A stretch of 64,000 nucleotides of DNA, taken from NCBI GenBank assembly GCA_963701075.1, contig OY969559.1, positions 352,001 through 416,000 of the forward strand, in the 5' to 3' direction. The position numbers and the translations under genes are program-made. The notes under the pieces are model-generated. The model ran no database searches. It was not told the origin of the DNA and saw only the letters and a list, made by a program, of their open reading frames with translations. Source of the stretch: an uncultured Nitrososphaerota archaeon (lineage in GTDB: Archaea > Thermoproteota > Nitrososphaeria > Nitrososphaerales > Nitrosopumilaceae). Within the stretch, counting starts at the first letter, position 1. Every line of letters starts with the position of its first letter. Positions 60,003 to 64,000 of the stretch are shown piece by piece.

Positions 60003-60667
60003 CAAATAGGCTGTCCTCTAACCAAAAGAGGTTTTTTGCTGAGATCATTGGCACATTTGTAATAGTTGTCGCTGCAACAGGCTCTGTAGTTCTTGACGCA
60101 AAATATGTTGGCACATTTGGCTTGTGGTTTGTAGCACTTGCTCCCGCTGTTGCAGTTGCTCTGATGGTCTATGCGTTTGGAAAAATATCCCTGGCTCACT
60201 TTAATCCTGCTGTCACGGTTGGATTTTTAATTACAAAACACATGCCAAAAAGGCTTTTAGCTTTGTATTTTGCAGCTGAAATAATCGGTGCCTTGCTTGG
60301 AAGTGTCTTTGTAAAATATGCAATAGGTACAGAGGCAAACCTCGGCGCAAATTCACCAGATTATCATTTTCCAATTCCACTCATAATTGGCACTGAAGCT
60401 CTGGCTACTGCACTATTGATGGCAGTGATTCTGGCAGTTGTTCACACAAGGGGGCTCAAGGGCTTTGGCGGAATTGCAATAGGGGCTATGATAGGACTTG
60501 ACATCTTCTTTTTGTCATTTATCTCAGGTGCCTCAATGAATCCTGCTAGATCTTTGGCACCAGCCATAGTGTCTGGATATATCAATGATCTATGGCTATA
60601 CTTGACTGCAACTTTCATAGGAGCTGGCATAGTAGCTTGCATCTACCGAAGAAGATTTGTAAAATAA
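59984..60667 (+). CDS. MIP-family aquaporin/aquaglyceroporin (likely arsenite channel)
   Basis: HFNPAVT and SMNPARS; overlaps the arsC stop. Confidence 0.92.
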   Translation: MQNSRITNRLSSNQKRFFAEIIGTFVIVVAATGSVVLDAKYVGTFGLWFVALAPAVAVALMVYAFGKISLAHFNPAVTVGFLITKHMPKRLLALYFAAEIIGALLGSVFVKYAIGTEANLGANSPDYHFPIPLIIGTEALATALLMAVILAVVHTRGLKGFGGIAIGAMIGLDIFFLSFISGASMNPARSLAPAIVSGYINDLWLYLTATFIGAGIVACIYRRRFVK

Positions 60668-60700
60668 CAGTCAAAAAAATCAGAATTTTATCTTATGAAA

Positions 60701-60753
60701 TATGGGGGAGTAGGTCTACTGGATAATAAAATGGAAAGTGATCACAGTAGACC
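60701..60753 (-). ncRNA. Putative structured ncRNA / repeat element, copy A
   Basis: 9-bp stem GGTCTACTG/CAGTAGACC; inverted near-copy at 63909-63962; strand inferred from the flanks. Confidence 0.5.
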
Positions 60754-60889
60754 ATACAACCATCTCGTGTCATAATTATCTAAGGATATGCTATAGTTTT
60801 TCGTATACTTCATAGATCTATGTAACTATCATAGGTGGATACGTTCTATACGGTGAACCCTTTTCATAGCCAAAATCAACTCTATAGAT

Positions 60890-61297
60890 ATGACAACAGA
60901 AACTCTTGAACATCAACAGCCATTGGATATTCTCTGCAAGCAAGTTTCAAGTATTGATGATCGCATTGAGCTAGTAGCCATCATAAATCGCAAGGGCAGA
61001 GTTATAGAAATGACTGCCAGAGATGATGGAATAAACAAAGATCTAACACCACACAAGAGAGAGATGTTGTTCATGGAGTTTGTGCTCCAGGCATCCATGA
61101 ACGGGGAATATGATGATGAATTTGGCAAAGTCAAGGGCCTGATTTTACAAAGAGAAAAGGTATCGGCATTCTCATTTCAGATATATGACTGCCTTTTGAT
61201 AGCCATAACCAAGCCGGTGCCTGAGCCAACAGTGATACAACAAAGGATTGCAGAAATAATTTTCAACCATACCAAATTAGAGTTGCCAGTAAACTAG
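60890..61297 (+). CDS. Roadblock/profilin-like thaumarchaeal protein (DUF6659-like)
   Basis: LC..V..IDDRIELVAIINRKGR...FMEFVL.....EYDDEFGKV.....REKV..FSF. Confidence 0.75.
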   Translation: MTTETLEHQQPLDILCKQVSSIDDRIELVAIINRKGRVIEMTARDDGINKDLTPHKREMLFMEFVLQASMNGEYDDEFGKVKGLILQREKVSAFSFQIYDCLLIAITKPVPEPTVIQQRIAEIIFNHTKLELPVN

Positions 61298-62065
61298 CTA
61301 GGCATTAGAATAATTCTTGAGAACACAAACAAGGCAACTGCAACTAGCACAATTCCGATGATGGTCTTTAGTTTTCCTGCACTGAATTTGTTTGTAAATT
61401 TTGCACCGATATCAGCTTCCCATCATGGCAGTAGGGCCCATTACAGCTAAAGTGAGGTAGTCGACCTCGTTATGTATGAGATGACCCAAAAGGCCAAATG
61501 CTCCCATTATGGTAGCTGCAGCAAGATTGGTGCCAACTGCAACTTTGGGCTCCATTTTTAACACTGAAATCATTGCTGGCATACGAATACTTCCCAATAC
61601 CAATCCAACAAGACCCCCAAGAAATCCAATTCCAAAACCGATGAGACACTCGATGAAAATGGAATGTCTTTTCTGATTTTCATTTTGCTTTTTTTCTTTT
61701 CGAGAACCTGAAATTAAGACATAGGCTTCATACGAAACAATTATTCCAATTATTGAGAGCAACAAGTTTACGGGTGCAAGCTTGGTGACAAGGGAGCCAA
61801 GAAAGGCACCAACAGCACCTGTTGATGCCATGATTGCAAAGATCTGAAGATGAATGTTGTTTTGTCTCCAATGCCTTACTGCTGCAGTAAGGGCTCCAAG
61901 CGTACTTATGCCTATGTTAGTTCCGGCAGTAACACTTGCTGAAATCTCGGTTCCCAAAATTAGAGGAAAACGAACAACTCCTAAGACCAGTCCTGCAAGA
62001 CCTCCAACAAAACCTATGACAAGGCCTAGGACTCCAAGAAGAATCAGTGGAAAAGCGTCAGTCAA
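61294..62065 (-). CDS. Sulfite exporter TauE/SafE family; apparent frameshift at 61413
   Basis: Duplicated GF.GGL.GLVLG..R.P...A.GTN; C-terminus YIGAKFTNKFS...LMPS* in the adjacent frame. Confidence 0.88.
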
Positions 62066-62113
62066 TTTTGTAACCTGTTGTAGAACCTAATTTAAAAATA
62101 AAGAAGGGGGAGT

Positions 62114-63721
62114 TTAGTTGTATGAGTTTGTTGTAGGGCAAAGACCAGAGACTGGAGTTACTACTGTTCCGACATCTCCAGCTGCAGGAGGCGCACCGCC
62201 GTGACTATACTGATCACTAACGCTCAAGCACACTTTTGGAGTGCTACCATGGTTGCCAAAGTCAAACATATCATCTACTGAACCAGCTATGGTGTCATAT
62301 GATCTCTGGCCAAATGTATCGGGAACGCCGCTTATTTGCCAGTTATCCTCGATGAATTTCAGAGGGGATGTTTGATCTATGACATTGTGGGAGATGTAGT
62401 CTGATTTTGCATATGATGATATCACCAAGAATGGTAGTCTTGCACCATAACCGCATCTGTCATTTGCATTACCCAAGCCCAAATCCTTTGTATTCTTGCT
62501 GCCGCATGTCGGAGCATAGTCATTGACTGGGTCATTGGAGTGATTCACGACTGGAGGATAGACGTGATCATACCAACCATCAGAGTCATCCCATAAGACG
62601 AACACTGCAGTGTCTGACCAATCCGGGCTATTCTCTATGCTGTTTGTGAGATTAGCGAGGAAGTGTCCTTCATCTATTGGATCAGAGTTCGCTGGATGAC
62701 CATTGCCTGCCTTGTATGCCTTGATGTAGGTTACTTGTGGTAACTGACTACCACCAACACCGCTTAATGCTGCCCAAAAGTAATGGAGATCATACTGATG
62801 ATTTGCCTGACCATTGTGTCCTATCTCGGCAAGAGTTGCAGGAGGCAAATGGTGAGGATTTGCAGTTGAGTTATAGTACTCAAATGGTTCGTGGTGTGGA
62901 ACATATGCTGTCTGAGATCCAGCAACAATGCTTGGAGTTTTTGTACCACATACTGCTTTTGTATGTGTCACTGGATTGTATGGCGTTGATGGAGCAAATC
63001 CGCCTTGGAACCAGCCCCATGTCATACCTTTCTCATTGAGTACGTCTCCAATGTTCTTTCCACTCATGGATAGCAATGTTTCTGATGTGGAAGCGCAGTC
63101 ATCATATAGCGGGTCATCATCTGAAATTACAGCACCGCCACCTACCGCATCTTCACTAGCACCAAATGTCTGACCTGAAATGACGTCAACTGCACCTGGT
63201 GTTGAAGGCCCAAACTCTGTATCAAATGAGCGGTCGCTCATGGCAAAGTTTTGAGCAAGATTCCATTGTGCCGTAGCGTTCTGTCCATCATAGTAACCCA
63301 TCACAGAGCTTCCGTTTGGATTGCATCCTGAACCACTATCACTTGTAAACTGAACAAACTTGTCGGCCAGTCCTCCATCATATGCTTCTTGTTCTGGAAG
63401 GTAATCGTGATCCTGATCACAAGTTAGTGCATTGCTTAGAAGGAAGGGAGGGAACAAGTTTGGATTGGCTGATATTAGGTTTGGGTGTGCGATGTAGTTA
63501 TCAGAAGCCGGAGTGTTTGCATTTGCAGTAAATCCTGGAGCATTAGGATACACACCAAAGTAGTGATCATAAGTTACGTTTTCTTGGAATACTATGACCA
63601 CGTGTTTGATTGGTGTTTTTGTATCTGGTACTGTTGGGTCACTAAATGCCCAACCTGTGCTGCTCAGGACAAGAGATGTTATTAGAAGTCCTACGAGAGT
63701 TGTTGTTAGAATTTTTGTCAT
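62114..63721 (-). CDS. Secreted phospholipase C / acid phosphatase (phosphoesterase family)
   Basis: Signal peptide; PIKHVVIVFQEN..YDHYFG, GPSTPG, WDDSDGWYDHV, GYGARLP, FIEDNW. Confidence 0.92.
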   Translation of the reverse strand: MTKILTTTLVGLLITSLVLSSTGWAFSDPTVPDTKTPIKHVVIVFQENVTYDHYFGVYPNAPGFTANANTPASDNYIAHPNLISANPNLFPPFLLSNALTCDQDHDYLPEQEAYDGGLADKFVQFTSDSGSGCNPNGSSVMGYYDGQNATAQWNLAQNFAMSDRSFDTEFGPSTPGAVDVISGQTFGASEDAVGGGAVISDDDPLYDDCASTSETLLSMSGKNIGDVLNEKGMTWGWFQGGFAPSTPYNPVTHTKAVCGTKTPSIVAGSQTAYVPHHEPFEYYNSTANPHHLPPATLAEIGHNGQANHQYDLHYFWAALSGVGGSQLPQVTYIKAYKAGNGHPANSDPIDEGHFLANLTNSIENSPDWSDTAVFVLWDDSDGWYDHVYPPVVNHSNDPVNDYAPTCGSKNTKDLGLGNANDRCGYGARLPFLVISSYAKSDYISHNVIDQTSPLKFIEDNWQISGVPDTFGQRSYDTIAGSVDDMFDFGNHGSTPKVCLSVSDQYSHGGAPPAAGDVGTVVTPVSGLCPTTNSYN

Positions 63722-63908
63722 TGAGGCACAAAACAACACACGTCAATTTGATCATGTTGTAATTAGATTTCGTTGTACTACTTGTAAAACATTGTCACAA
63801 GAAAAATTTCTTTCTTCTATGTAGATTATTCGATCAAATTCAGAGATATGGTTCAAACAAAATCAATATAGTAAACCTTTAGATGGAAAAAAAGTATGTG
63901 ATTGCACA

Positions 63909-63962
63909 GGTCTACTGTGATCACTTTCCATTCTTATGATCCAGTAGACCACTCCCCACATA
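63909..63962 (+). ncRNA. Putative structured ncRNA / repeat element, copy B
   Basis: GGTCTACTGTGATCACTTTCCATTCTTATGATCCAGTAGACCACTCCCCACATA; 24-nt perfect match to the reverse complement of 60730-60753. Confidence 0.5.
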
Positions 63963-64000
63963 ATTTTATGGATCATTTTTAATTGACCATGTTAGAAAAA

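Noticed and set aside
733-63824. Many 60-170 aa ORFs antisense to or nested in recognised genes (e.g. 9362..9826, 18025..18528, 25286..25795, 44259..44750, 59558..60199)
   Set aside because: Shadow frames of well-supported genes with no motifs of their own
63890-63965. Hairpin element as an H/ACA or C/D guide RNA
   Set aside because: ACA/ATA lies only ~7-9 nt from the upper stem instead of 14-16, and there is no clear K-turn or paired C/D boxes

Overview
A core chromosomal segment of an ammonia-oxidising archaeon (Nitrososphaerota/Thaumarchaeota, Nitrosopumilales-type gene content, most resembling Nitrosotalea; the taxonomy is inferred from recognised proteins, not from a search). The window holds the likely replication origin: ORB repeats at ~17.76-17.95 kb upstream of cdc6, bracketed by the two Pol D subunits. 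It also carries housekeeping genes (GINS, glnA, thermosome, glyA, GGGPS, hsp20-cdc48, rpoL-tfs-pcn, aspartokinase, tyrS, rtcA), scattered cobalamin genes (cbiE, cbiH, bluB, mtrA-like), three tRNAs (Pro, intron-containing Arg, Val), many secreted proteins and an accessory right end (HxlR / arsC-arsM-arsC-aquaporin, TauE, phospholipase C). Four observations stand out. (1) An origin-adjacent module of four DNA-binding proteins, one membrane-anchored, lies over two different short-motif arrays (TGTGAT and TTAAC); it is a candidate origin-tethering or segregation system. (2) A duplicated ~55-nt hairpin element occurs in inverted orientation at 60.7 and 63.9 kb, each copy with a similar promoter-like flank; it is a candidate undescribed sRNA or mobile-element end. 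(3) Ten of 11 clear frameshifts map to AGCT sites, which points to basecalling errors at a methylated motif rather than pseudogenes. (4) Several divergent proteins are present: Cys-less triple cupredoxin, arcadin-1-like, and Hcp/tail-tube-like. No CRISPR array, rRNA, transposase or integrase was seen. All functional calls come from motif recognition by eye.
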